A stretch of DNA of 64,000 nucleotides from an uncultured Actinomycetes bacterium (GTDB lineage: Bacteria; Actinomycetota; Thermoleophilia; RBG-16-64-13), in assembly GCA_963775295.1 (NCBI GenBank), contig CAVZIK010000006.1, forward strand, positions 1,887,602-1,951,601, given 5' to 3'. A program made the translations under genes and the position numbers. The notes beneath the pieces were generated by a model, which was not told where the DNA came from, did no database searches, and worked only from the letters and a program-made list of their open reading frames with translations. Every line of letters starts with the position of its first letter. The stretch's first letter is position 1. This document shows positions 46,430 to 55,760 of this stretch, piece after piece.

Positions 46430-46921
46430 ATGAAGAGGATGCGCGGCAAACATGGTGCGTACCGCATCTACATTGGCGGCGTTCTGCTGTACCTGATTTT
46501 GGGAGCCATACTGGCCGTCCCGGCACAGGCAACGGAGAACACCCTGAACCCCTTCGTGCCGGGGCCCTCCTCCTCTTTGAGCGTCCCGTCTGGTTCAGAT
46601 GACGCGTCGGTGCTTGCCTACTACGACTATCTCAGCCTTCAACACTCCAATTCGCTGAAGGAAACCTACAATTACAACTGGCAGAACTTCCTTATGACCT
46701 ACGCTGTTATCGCGGCGGCCCTCATCTCCCTCTACTTTTTCGCCTTCGCTTGGTATGCGCGCAGACGTGTCGCTGACCTGTATCCGGTGGAAGTTTTCAA
46801 CGGAATCATCACCGAGCGGGGCGGCCCCATCGATGCGTTCAATTATGCCGTTTGGACAATCCTCGGCATCTACATGGTCTATTACACCGTGATCCAGATC
46901 ATCTACGGACAGATCTACTAA
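46430..46921 (+). CDS. Hypothetical membrane protein (163 aa, 3 TM)
   Basis: A hydrophobicity pattern read from the translation. It is co-oriented and tightly packed with the neighbouring genes. Confidence 0.5.
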   Translation: MKRMRGKHGAYRIYIGGVLLYLILGAILAVPAQATENTLNPFVPGPSSSLSVPSGSDDASVLAYYDYLSLQHSNSLKETYNYNWQNFLMTYAVIAAALISLYFFAFAWYARRRVADLYPVEVFNGIITERGGPIDAFNYAVWTILGIYMVYYTVIQIIYGQIY

Positions 46922-46960
46922 CTGCCACTGCCGAATCGAAGGACAAAGGAAGAGCGGGAG

Positions 46961-47347
46961 ATGGAAGAAGTCCGAGATCACCGTATGAAAGAGCACCTGC
47001 AAAGGCTTATAGAGGAGGGCTTGGGCGGGACACGGTACAAGGAGCACGAGATCGCTCCCTACGCTCTGATCGTCCGTGCCCGGATGCCAGCCGAGGTGTG
47101 GAGCGGGGTGTTTTATTCCTGGCTTTCGATGAAGGGGCACCTTCAGGGAATGCACGGCTTCGACCGGACGCAAATGTTCGCGGCCCGAGAGGACGATACC
47201 GTCACCGCCACGTTTGTCACGGTTTGGGATAGGGCCGAGACGATGTATCAATGGTTGCAGGGGGGCTATCCAGTCCCGGACATGTTGGAGGCGATGGGAG
47301 TCCCAGAAGATGTGATCGAGTCGGAACTGGTAAGGGACTACTCCTAA
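46961..47347 (+). CDS. Hypothetical soluble protein, possibly ABM (antibiotic-biosynthesis-monooxygenase)-like fold
   Basis: …TATFVTVWDRAETMYQWLQGGY… resembles ABM-domain signatures. Confidence 0.4.
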   Translation: MEEVRDHRMKEHLQRLIEEGLGGTRYKEHEIAPYALIVRARMPAEVWSGVFYSWLSMKGHLQGMHGFDRTQMFAAREDDTVTATFVTVWDRAETMYQWLQGGYPVPDMLEAMGVPEDVIESELVRDYS

Positions 47348-47387
47348 GTATCCGCCGTCGTGCGGTGGGTTGAGAGGAGCTACTGAG

Positions 47388-47591
47388 ATGACGGAGTATG
47401 AAGAACTGCGAGCGCGCAACCGTATGGACGAGATCGCGTTCGACGCGACTCTGAGACAGAGCTACGAGCGAGAGGACGAGCGGTATAGTGCCGCTAGCCA
47501 GGCCCGGGACTGGCTAATCCTCGTGGCTATCGGGGCCTTCCACTTTGCCTGGATGCTAGTGGTGTTCCTTCTGGAGCCGGGAATCCGTTGA
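47388..47591 (+). CDS. Small C-terminally anchored membrane protein (67 aa)
   Basis: GAGGAG RBS before the ATG. One C-terminal TM helix. Confidence 0.4.
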   Translation: MTEYEELRARNRMDEIAFDATLRQSYEREDERYSAASQARDWLILVAIGAFHFAWMLVVFLLEPGIR

Positions 47592-47601
47592 GGGGTCGCA
47601 G

Positions 47602-48093
47602 ATGAGCTTTGTCCTCGGAACACTCGCAGGTCTCGTGGTGGTCTTCGCGCTGGTGGGCTTGCTGGTCACGGTAAGTGCGCTCAGGTCCGCGAAGGCCGAG
47701 CGGCGAAGCCCGGATCCTAAGGATGACTACTCCCTTCGCGCGAAGATCGGGCGCTATGTAGGTCCGATCGATCCAAACTTGGCCTTGTTCAATCCTCCGG
47801 GACGAGTGGCGACCGAGTTTTTCACATCGCTTTGCGGCTTTCCCGGCATGGGGTGGCTGCTGTCCGGGAGCGTCTTCACCGGGATTGTGTTGCTCTGCTT
47901 GGGCCCGGCCTTCGTTTGGGGGATCTACCCGCTTCTTCTCCTGCTTTCCGGCAAGATGGCGAGCGGACCTTTCGTGGCCGTCCAGTACCTGCCCGGGCTC
48001 GCGATCGGCTCCTCATCGTTGCTCGCCTATAGGGAGATGCAGCTCCGTCGAAGAAGGAAGCGTGTGGCCCAGACTGCCTCCGGCGATGAGTGA
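47602..48093 (+). CDS. Hypothetical membrane protein (163 aa, ~4 TM)
   Basis: A hydrophobicity pattern read from the translation. Its stop and start sit tightly against the neighbouring ORFs. Confidence 0.5.
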   Translation: MSFVLGTLAGLVVVFALVGLLVTVSALRSAKAERRSPDPKDDYSLRAKIGRYVGPIDPNLALFNPPGRVATEFFTSLCGFPGMGWLLSGSVFTGIVLLCLGPAFVWGIYPLLLLLSGKMASGPFVAVQYLPGLAIGSSSLLAYREMQLRRRRKRVAQTASGDE

Positions 48094-48099
48094 GTTTGG

Positions 48100-48618
48100 G
48101 TGCGTTCTGTGACGACCGGCGAGCAACTTCGCAATCCCAGGGAGACGGTTCGACTCACTCGCAGGGCGAAGATAGTTATCCTTGCGGCTCTGGTGCCGGT
48201 CGTGGTGGCCGTCGCCGTGTTGCCACTTATCCTCCTTGCGATTCCCGACCCGCACCCTGTGAAGGTGTCGGGCCTCGCCGGTGAGATCGCCGGAACGTAC
48301 ATCAATCGGCAGGACGGTCTGTACAAGCTCTTCCCGTATACCGCTCCTCTCATGTCGTTTCCTTCCGATGCGCTGGTGGTGGACGGCGATGCGCCCCAGG
48401 TGATAGTCAAGTACCGGCAGCTCGACATCTTGGATGCCTACGGCATCATTGCCTACGGTGATTCACAGGAAGTTCCGGTACAGAAGCAAGTCGATCAGAC
48501 GGAGAAGGCACTCTATCTCAAGCCCACGACTGCACTCGCGACCGGGCAATACGTGGTCACGGCCTCCAGGGACGGGGCGGATGGAGGAACGGACTACTTC
48601 TACTTTCGAGTCCCCTAA
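48100..48618 (+). CDS. Hypothetical N-terminally anchored extracytoplasmic protein (172 aa)
   Basis: N-terminal TM (IVILAALVPVVVAVAVLPLILLAI) followed by a soluble domain. Confidence 0.5.
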   Translation: MRSVTTGEQLRNPRETVRLTRRAKIVILAALVPVVVAVAVLPLILLAIPDPHPVKVSGLAGEIAGTYINRQDGLYKLFPYTAPLMSFPSDALVVDGDAPQVIVKYRQLDILDAYGIIAYGDSQEVPVQKQVDQTEKALYLKPTTALATGQYVVTASRDGADGGTDYFYFRVP

Positions 48619-48661
48619 GCGTCTGCTTGCGGACTCGACGTCGAAGAGGTCTGTTCCCCTC

Positions 48662-49903
48662 CTAAAGCAATTCCAAGAAGCTCTCCATCGCCTGCACGGA
48701 TTTCTCCTGCTGAGGCCCGCCGCGTCCCAGCGCATCTCCGTCGATGGCTAGGAAGGGAATGCCGGCTTCCATGAACGCATTTCTAATGACGGGCACCGAG
48801 CCCAGGCCGTGGCGGCAACCCCAATGATTGAAGTGCACGGCCCCGTCGACTCCTAGTTGCTTGGCCAGCGCGACGTTGAGGCGCGCGCGGCGGGCAGAGC
48901 TGCCCCACAGGGCGTGGTCTGTGAGGCGCTTTGCCAGTCCAGGGAAGGGATCATCGGGATCGACCGTCTCCATGTGCATCTGACCCATCTCCTCGAAAAT
49001 GACCACCGCATCCTGTTTCTCCAGCATCGCGAAGAGTTCGGTGTCGTGATGGGGAACAGTGTGCAGCCAGAGCAGGCGTTTGAGCTTGCGGCCTTGATCG
49101 AGAACTGGGGCCATCAAGTCCTTGCGCCCCCGTTCGGTCAGAAGCCGCTCGAAGTCCTTCGCCCCGGCCTCCGTGCCCCACAGGAGTTGCCCCAGGAACA
49201 CCGTCGCGAACGTGCGGCGCCCGTTCATTTCCAGACGGCAGTCCAGACGCTTGGTCATGATCTGTCCCCACGCGGCGGAAGCCCGGTTTGAGAGCTGCAC
49301 GGTCTTTTTGAGGTTTGGCCTGCGGCCGGTCCAGCGACCGATATCCTCGTGAAGCAGTTGTATCTGATCGGCCACATCCGCCACTACGTCCGGAGCGGCC
49401 TCGCCCTCGTCGGGAGGGAGGGGAACCCGAATCTCACGGAACGGCACCTCGTAGCGCACGGCGAGCATCTCAAGGAGACACTCTTTCCCCAAACAGAGGG
49501 GAGTCGTGCCCAGGCACATGGTCGGACGGGGCAGCATGTCGTTCTCGACCGCCGCCAGCGCGATGCGGTGGTAGCTGCAGACATCGCGGGCGAGTGGCAT
49601 CCGTGCGGCGGCCGACTCCACCGCCTCGCGCAGGTCACTTCCCGTCAGCGTGGCCGAGCCGATTTCCGGGATCATCGGAGTGATGCCGTACGAGGTCAGG
49701 ATCTCGGTGGGGAAGAGGTACGACACCCACGGCACGATGGCCCCAGTCTTAAACAGCTCCAGCGACGCCCCCAGGGCATGCAGCTCGAGATAGCCTCGGG
49801 CGGAGCGGGACTGTATCGCCTTCCACCGGGTTTGGGCAAGAAACGCGGCGCGAATGAGCGAAGCACTGAACGAGTCACCGGTTACGTCCGCCATTCCGGG
49901 CAT
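48662..49903 (-). CDS. 2-hydroxyacyl-CoA dehydratase / benzoyl-CoA reductase BcrB-C-type component-D family protein (HgdB-like)
   Basis: Conserved Cys pattern (…DVCSYHRIALAA…CLGTTPLCLGKEC…), 413 aa, paired with a second family member. Confidence 0.7.
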   Translation of the reverse strand: MPGMADVTGDSFSASLIRAAFLAQTRWKAIQSRSARGYLELHALGASLELFKTGAIVPWVSYLFPTEILTSYGITPMIPEIGSATLTGSDLREAVESAAARMPLARDVCSYHRIALAAVENDMLPRPTMCLGTTPLCLGKECLLEMLAVRYEVPFREIRVPLPPDEGEAAPDVVADVADQIQLLHEDIGRWTGRRPNLKKTVQLSNRASAAWGQIMTKRLDCRLEMNGRRTFATVFLGQLLWGTEAGAKDFERLLTERGRKDLMAPVLDQGRKLKRLLWLHTVPHHDTELFAMLEKQDAVVIFEEMGQMHMETVDPDDPFPGLAKRLTDHALWGSSARRARLNVALAKQLGVDGAVHFNHWGCRHGLGSVPVIRNAFMEAGIPFLAIDGDALGRGGPQQEKSVQAMESFLELL

Positions 49904-49908
49904 GTGGG

Positions 49909-50892
49909 CTAGTCCTCCTCGAAAAGCAGGTCGTCGACGTTGGGATCGTCGAGATCGTTGCCAAGCAAGTCGTCATCGAGCAGTTGGGCCTCGAGGAACG
50001 CTTCCACCCTGGTACGGAGCGGCCCACCGACTTCAAACGGGAAGCCGACCTCGATTTCCAAAAATGGAAGCCCACGCTCCTCGGCCAACTGGGCGACCAG
50101 AAGGGCGTCGTATGCTCCCGGGTCGCAGAAGCTCTGCCTGGCGTAGATAACCGACGTCGGGTGGGCTTCGTCCAGGCGGCCGGCGAGATACTCTCGCCGT
50201 TCACTCGTGGATCGGCGCGGGCACATCCCGATGTCGAGCAGTCGAACGGCAAGCGTTTCAAATGTAGTGGGGTCTTGGTCGCTCAGGGCAAGCTGAATCG
50301 CGGTCTCGTCGGCCAAACGTTTCCAGCGGTCCGGTGAGGTGCAGGATTCCAATGCGGCGATGTGCACGCCGAGGTCCTTGACCATGCGTAGAAGTGAGGC
50401 GTCACTGAGGGGACCGGCCACAATGAAGGTGCCATCCGGTCGAGGGGAAGAAGGGTAATCCACCGTGGGAGGCTCTCCGGCTGCGCAAAGGTCCTCCGCG
50501 CCGTCCGGCAGGCGGCCCTTCAGCCAGGTGGCCAAAGAGCGAAGATCAGCGGCAAGCGTGCTGACTGCCCCCGGCACCGAAGATCGGGGCATGGCCAGCA
50601 CGAATACCTTTCCCGGATAGGTGGCAGCCATGAGGTCGCCCATTCGGCGCATGGCATCGCAGCCCCCGGGAACTATCAGGCAGTCCTCCTCCGCAGCATC
50701 CGAGAGCAGGACGTCCGCGGCCAAAACCAGTTGGGTCACGTAGGGGCAGGTCATGGGGTGGATGCTGAGAGCCTCACGTCGGGCGGGTGCGGCGACGTCC
50801 TCGAGATGGTTACCCAGCCATCGTGGGGAGTAGCCGGACTCGACTGCGAGCCCGACGGGGAAGAGATTGCAGGTGTAATAAACGCTCGGCAT
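49909..50892 (-). CDS. 2-hydroxyacyl-CoA dehydratase component-D family protein (HgdA-like partner subunit)
   Basis: 327 aa with a Cys pattern typical of HGD-D partners. It is separated by 5 nt from the previous family member. Confidence 0.65.
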   Translation of the reverse strand: MPSVYYTCNLFPVGLAVESGYSPRWLGNHLEDVAAPARREALSIHPMTCPYVTQLVLAADVLLSDAAEEDCLIVPGGCDAMRRMGDLMAATYPGKVFVLAMPRSSVPGAVSTLAADLRSLATWLKGRLPDGAEDLCAAGEPPTVDYPSSPRPDGTFIVAGPLSDASLLRMVKDLGVHIAALESCTSPDRWKRLADETAIQLALSDQDPTTFETLAVRLLDIGMCPRRSTSERREYLAGRLDEAHPTSVIYARQSFCDPGAYDALLVAQLAEERGLPFLEIEVGFPFEVGGPLRTRVEAFLEAQLLDDDLLGNDLDDPNVDDLLFEED

Positions 50893-51032
50893 CGAAAGGG
50901 AGATTAGGGCCCTTGGAGCGAGAAGGCAAGGGCCGCTGGGGTTGTGGCAGCGTTCGCTTGGCGTTTGCAGTCATGCTATAAAGGGGCAGAATTGTCGACG
51001 GAGATGCCAACGTTCTCTGAAGGCGGGGGGAT

Positions 51033-51731
51033 ATGAACAAGGTTTTCCCGAGTGCCGAAGCCGCGATCTTCGATATCGAAGACGGGGCATCGATCATGAG
51101 CGGGGGGTTCGGCTTGTGCGGAAACCCCGAGAATCTCATTCGGGCGGTCCACGACAAGGGGGTCAAGGACCTCACCATCATGAGCAACAACTGCGGTACC
51201 GACAAGTTCGGGCTGGGAATACTGCTCAACAATGGACAGGTCCGCAAGATGGTCTCCACCTACGTGGGCGAGAACAAGACTTTCGAGCACCTGTTCCTAA
51301 GCGGCTTACTCGAGGTGGAGTTGGTCCCGCAGGGCACGTTTGCAGAGAGAATACGGGCAGGGGGCGCGGGCATTCCGGCCTTCTACGTCCGGGCCGCGGT
51401 CGGGACCCCATTGGCAGAGGGCAAGGAAGTCCGTGTCTTTGACAGCAAGGAATATCTTATGGAGACCGGCCTGCACGCGGACTTCGCGATCATCAATGCA
51501 TGGAAGGGCGACAAGTACGGCAATCTGGTCTATCGAAAGACCGCGCGCAACTTCAATCCGGTCATGGCGACCGCGGCCACGATCACCATCGCAGAGGTAG
51601 AGCATCTGGTGGAACCGGGGGAGATCGAACCCGACCAGGTCCACACTCCCGCCATCTACGTCAACCGCGTGGTTCAGGGTGAGCACTACGAGAAGTGGAT
51701 CGAGAAACACACTGTCAGGCCGCGTCCGTAG
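51033..51731 (+). CDS. 3-oxoacid / glutaconate-type CoA-transferase subunit A
   Basis: SGGFGLCGNPENLI … GNLVYRKTARNFNP motifs of the family I CoA-transferase alpha subunit. Confidence 0.9.
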   Translation: MNKVFPSAEAAIFDIEDGASIMSGGFGLCGNPENLIRAVHDKGVKDLTIMSNNCGTDKFGLGILLNNGQVRKMVSTYVGENKTFEHLFLSGLLEVELVPQGTFAERIRAGGAGIPAFYVRAAVGTPLAEGKEVRVFDSKEYLMETGLHADFAIINAWKGDKYGNLVYRKTARNFNPVMATAATITIAEVEHLVEPGEIEPDQVHTPAIYVNRVVQGEHYEKWIEKHTVRPRP

Positions 51732-51773
51732 ACGTCGTCGAAACAGCCGAATGGTACTTGTCGGGAGGCGACA

Positions 51774-52430
51774 ATGGGGATTACCAGGGAGCAGCAGGCA
51801 AGGCGGATCGCGGCCGAATTCAAAGACGGCTATTACATCAACCTGGGCATAGGCATGCCCACTATCGTCAGCAACTACATCCCCGAAGACATCATGGTCT
51901 TCATCCACTCCGAGAACGGCATCCTGGGGTGCGGGCCGTATCCGTTCGAGGGTGACGAGGACCCGGATCTCATCAACGCCGGCAAAGAAACGGTGACCGC
52001 CCTGCCGGGCGCGAGCTATTTTTCAAACGCCGACTCGTTCGCCATGGTCCGTGGGGGCCATGTGGATGCCACCGTGCTCGGCGCGCTGGAAGTCTCGGCG
52101 GCCGGAGATCTCGCTAACTGGATGGTGCCGGGGAAGATGGTGAAGGGCATGGGCGGGGCCGGCGACATGGTCGTTGGCGCCAAGCGGGTAATAATCATGA
52201 TGGATCACTGCACCAAAGAGGGAAAGCCGAAAATACTGAACCAGTGCTCCCTGCCTCTCACCGGCAAGAAAGTGGTCGATCTCATAGTGACCGACCTCGC
52301 CGTCATAGAGATCCGCCCCGCGGGGATGGTGCTGCTCGAAGCCGCCCCCGGACTGAGCGCTCAGGACGTCCAGGATGTGACCGAGCCCAGCCTGGTGGTT
52401 GCCCGGAAGTTCAAGCCGATTGAGGTCTAG
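51774..52430 (+). CDS. CoA-transferase subunit B
   Basis: INLGIGMPT … SENG (catalytic Glu) … GMGGAGDMV motifs. Confidence 0.9.
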   Translation: MGITREQQARRIAAEFKDGYYINLGIGMPTIVSNYIPEDIMVFIHSENGILGCGPYPFEGDEDPDLINAGKETVTALPGASYFSNADSFAMVRGGHVDATVLGALEVSAAGDLANWMVPGKMVKGMGGAGDMVVGAKRVIIMMDHCTKEGKPKILNQCSLPLTGKKVVDLIVTDLAVIEIRPAGMVLLEAAPGLSAQDVQDVTEPSLVVARKFKPIEV

Positions 52431-52612
52431 AACGTGCGCTGTGGCGGCCGCCCGTTTGGCGGCCGCCACAGCCTGACCAGCGGCTATCAACCCCCATCGG
52501 CGCGGCGTCACCTCATACCAAATACCCGCACTTGGGCGGGTCGGAAGCGGTATGATGTTGTCTACTGTCATCAATTGGGCCCCTCCCGGGGTCCGGTGTA
52601 TAGGAGAGGAAG

Positions 52613-53314
52613 ATGCCGAAAAACAAGGTTGTAGGACTCCAGGAGGCTATATCCCATATTGAGTCCGGGATGAGCATCGCCATTGGGGGGTTCCTCAGCC
52701 AGGGCGACCCGCTGACCTTGATGCACGGTCTGAAGGATTCGGACGTCAAGGACTTGGTCATTTACTCGTGTACGGCCGGCTTTCGCGACCGGGGCATCGT
52801 GGAACTGGTCAAGGCCGGCAAGGTGCGCAAGGTCGTGACCAGCCACATCGGCACCACGCCCGATGTGGTAAAGGCTTACCATGCGGGTGAGATTGAGGTG
52901 GAACTCATTCCCCAGGGGACGCTAGCCGAGCAGTTGCGCGCAGGCGGCGCTGGCCTCGGCGGTTTTCTCACTCATACCGGGGTGGGAACGATTGTCGAGG
53001 AGGGGAAGCAGAAGATCGAGCTTAACGGCATGGTTTATCTGCTGGAACAGGCCATCCGCACCGATGTGGCCTTTGTCCGGGCTCACGACGGCGACACTTG
53101 GGGCAATCTTAGGTATCGGGGCACGGCGCGTAACTACAACCCCGAGTGTGCCACCTGTGCCGATTACGTGATCGCGGAAGTCGAGTATCTGTACGACCCG
53201 GGCGAAGTCGCGCCTGAGAGTGTGCACACCCCCGGTCTGTACGTCGACGCGGTGGTCCGGGCGGATCTCACCTACCGCGGTTCTTCGGTATTCGTCGGCC
53301 AGTGTTCATTGTGA
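52613..53314 (+). CDS. Second CoA-transferase subunit A (paralogue)
   Basis: AIGGFLSQGDPLTLM…GNLRYRGTARNYNP. Confidence 0.9.
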   Translation: MPKNKVVGLQEAISHIESGMSIAIGGFLSQGDPLTLMHGLKDSDVKDLVIYSCTAGFRDRGIVELVKAGKVRKVVTSHIGTTPDVVKAYHAGEIEVELIPQGTLAEQLRAGGAGLGGFLTHTGVGTIVEEGKQKIELNGMVYLLEQAIRTDVAFVRAHDGDTWGNLRYRGTARNYNPECATCADYVIAEVEYLYDPGEVAPESVHTPGLYVDAVVRADLTYRGSSVFVGQCSL

Positions 53315-54009
53315 CAAGGGGCGTTAAGGTGACAGATATTAAACAAATCATTGCGCAGCGGGCCGCGTTGGAGTTGAAGGACGGCCTTGTCATCAACCTA
53401 GGTATCGGAGTTCCCACGTTCGTCGCCAACTACATACCTGATGGGGTCGACGTGGTGATCCACTCCGAGAACGGAGCAGTGGGGGTTGGACCGGCGCCGG
53501 AGAAGTATTGTGACGACCCGGATCGTGCCAACGCCGGAGGCGCCCCGATTACGCTGGGCGCGGGTGGCAGCTACTTCGATTCGGCCACATCGTTCTCCAT
53601 GATCCGGGGTGGCCACGTGGACATGACCTTTCTCGGAACGTTGCAGGTGGATGGCGAAGGCAATATTGCCAGCTACGAAATCCCCGGCAAGTTGGTGGCC
53701 GGCATGGGTGGGGCCATGGATCTTCTGGCGGGCGCGAAGATCGTGAATGTGGTCACCGAGCATTGCTCGAAAGATGGCAAGACCAAACTGGTGAAACTCT
53801 GCACGTTCCCATTGACGGGTGCCGCGGAGGCAGATGTCATCATCACCGAGCGCGCCGTGTTCCGTCGCTTCCCCCATCACAAAGGCTTTGTGCTCGAGGA
53901 AATCGCGCGCGGCTTCACTCTCGAGGATATCGCCGCCTGCACTGAGATGGACTACACGGTCTCACAAACCGTCAAGATCGACGCGTTCGGGCCGCGGGCT
54001 CCGAGATGA
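53302..54009 (+). CDS. Second CoA-transferase subunit B (paralogue). The start may be GTG 53329.
   Basis: INLGIGVPT…SENGAVGVGP…GMGGAMDLL. Confidence 0.85.
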   Translation: MFIVTRGVKVTDIKQIIAQRAALELKDGLVINLGIGVPTFVANYIPDGVDVVIHSENGAVGVGPAPEKYCDDPDRANAGGAPITLGAGGSYFDSATSFSMIRGGHVDMTFLGTLQVDGEGNIASYEIPGKLVAGMGGAMDLLAGAKIVNVVTEHCSKDGKTKLVKLCTFPLTGAAEADVIITERAVFRRFPHHKGFVLEEIARGFTLEDIAACTEMDYTVSQTVKIDAFGPRAPR

Positions 54010-54057
54010 GGTAGAAATCGTTGCAGTGGCGACGAAGGTAAGTGGATGGTCTTGAAG

Positions 54058-54087
54058 CGAGGGGCGCGCTCTAGAGCGCGCCCCTCG
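54058..54087. terminator. Bidirectional intrinsic-terminator-like hairpin. It is a perfect 30-nt GC-rich palindrome flanked by direct CTTGAAG repeats, between convergent genes.
   Basis: CGAGGGGCGCGCTCTAGAGCGCGCCCCTCG is self-complementary. It lies between the CoA-transferase B gene (+) and the nitrilase gene (-). Confidence 0.55.
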
Positions 54088-54274
54088 TCTTGAAGGGAGG
54101 TCGAGAATCAGGGCCGATCACGCGGCTGGACTGTACTTATCGCGCGGTCTTGCTGCTCTTGCGACGCTGCAGCCACCACTCGGACGCAATCGCCAAGATG
54201 GCGAGGAAACCTAAAATGACCACGTTTACCATGGTACTCCACCAGTTTCGGGTCTCGTCTCCGTAAAAGCCTTT

Positions 54275-55393
54275 CTACGTGGCAGTCCTTTCCCCTGCCT
54301 CGGCCAGTCTTCGTTCCAACTCAGCTATCTTCTGTCTTAGTTCTGCGATCTCCGTTCCGCTTGCTTCGGCGGCGCGCCTGGCGGGAAACGCGTCCTGGCT
54401 GCCTGCCACGGTCGCGGTTTCCAGGCACTCCATGGGGACCATTGGCTCGTAGCTGTTCTGACGGACGAGAAGGCTCAGAATATCCCAGCGACTGTAGAGT
54501 CCGGTGACGTTGATGATCCCGCGGGCCATCTCGTTGACTTTGAGGTCGATCTCTCCATACACGATGGTCTCTTCGTCCCTTACGGGCCCGGCCACCACTT
54601 CGCCGAACGGGTTGATGATGGCGCTTCCTCCAAAGGTCTGCCAGAAGTCGGTGTTCGTATAGAAGTCCTTAGGCCGCTTCTCCGGCGGGAGGTAGTTTGC
54701 GGCCAAGACGCACCAGCATGCGCCGGATACCGCCATCGCGGTGGTCATGGCCGGAGTCACCCACGGCAGTTCCTCCGCCCCGCCCAAGTATCCGGGCCAC
54801 ATCGAGCAGTTCACCTTGGTGCCCTGGACGATGTAGTTCTGTTTGAGGAGCGGTTGATCGTGCTCGCCGCAGATGAGGCTGCTTATGCCTCCGAAGTCCA
54901 TTTGCCGGACTCTTAGGTTGTCCCCGCCATCGCCCCGGGTATGGATCATGAGTTCCTGCACCGTGATGTTGATCTTCCGATGGGTCCCAAGGATCTCTCC
55001 GCGGTTGTTGATGAACAGCGAGGAGTTGTACTGGCGTCCGCCGTAGTACTTATCACGCTCGTTGATACCCATCACCACGTTGACGTTGTACCGGCGCGCT
55101 GCACGGCAGAGGATCTCGGTCTCCTCGCTTGGTACCTCAACGCCGTGTCGTAAATACTCCGCCCAGATGTTCGTGTACTCGGGTCCCTTGGTCAAATCGA
55201 TGGCGAAGTGGCAGTAACCGGGAATGTGCAGCTCGGGAAAGACGATGAGCGTGGCTCCGTTACCCGCGGCTTCCTTGATCCTCTTCACGCAGTTGTCCAG
55301 CGTTGCAGCTGAGTCGAAGTAGACGGGTTTGTCGCGGTATTCGGGAGCGGCCTGGACAGCCGCGGCGATAAACTTGGAAAACTCTTTGGGCAC
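54275..55393 (-). CDS. Carbon-nitrogen hydrolase (nitrilase/cyanide-hydratase branch) with a C-terminal coiled-coil tail
   Basis: Glu-Lys-Cys triad context (FPELHIPGY; HRKI; LICGEH). 372 aa with an ELRQKIAELERRLAEAGE tail. Confidence 0.8.
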   Translation of the reverse strand: MPKEFSKFIAAAVQAAPEYRDKPVYFDSAATLDNCVKRIKEAAGNGATLIVFPELHIPGYCHFAIDLTKGPEYTNIWAEYLRHGVEVPSEETEILCRAARRYNVNVVMGINERDKYYGGRQYNSSLFINNRGEILGTHRKINITVQELMIHTRGDGGDNLRVRQMDFGGISSLICGEHDQPLLKQNYIVQGTKVNCSMWPGYLGGAEELPWVTPAMTTAMAVSGACWCVLAANYLPPEKRPKDFYTNTDFWQTFGGSAIINPFGEVVAGPVRDEETIVYGEIDLKVNEMARGIINVTGLYSRWDILSLLVRQNSYEPMVPMECLETATVAGSQDAFPARRAAEASGTEIAELRQKIAELERRLAEAGERTAT

Positions 55394-55571
55394 GGTTGCC
55401 TCCTGGGGCCGGTTGCAGGCGAACGTTCACCTAACATTGTAAGTACTAGCACATCAAGTCTCCGTATGGAACGGTCTTCCAATACGTCCTTGGTCGCAGT
55501 TTAGCGATTCTCGGGGCGGCTCGGTCGCCCGAACTTGCACCGCTCAAGAGCCTCAACTAAACTGTTGCACC

Positions 55572-55681
55572 ATGGAGAGCAGAACAGGCTTTGAGGCGTT
55601 CGTCGGCGGTCGGCCCATCTCGTGGGATGATGGCTCACGCCTTGCTCTCGTTCTCGACCTCCTCCTGCTGCTCCCCCGCTA
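55572..55681 (+). promoter_or_regulatory. Leu-rich leader peptide ORF (MESRTGFEAFVGGRPISWDDGSRLALVLDLLLLLPR). It is a candidate leucine transcription-attenuation leader upstream of leuA, followed by hairpins at 55671-55688 and 55700-55720.
   Basis: 8 Leu in the final 14 codons. CTCCCCC-GCTA-GGGGGAG hairpin at the stop codon. It lies ~80 nt upstream of leuA. Confidence 0.5.
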
Positions 55682-55760
55682 GGGGGAGATATTCGCGTGG
55701 CCGGCGCTATCCGGCGAGTCAGCAGCTATCATTGGTTGAACAGTAGGAGGTAATTGAGTC

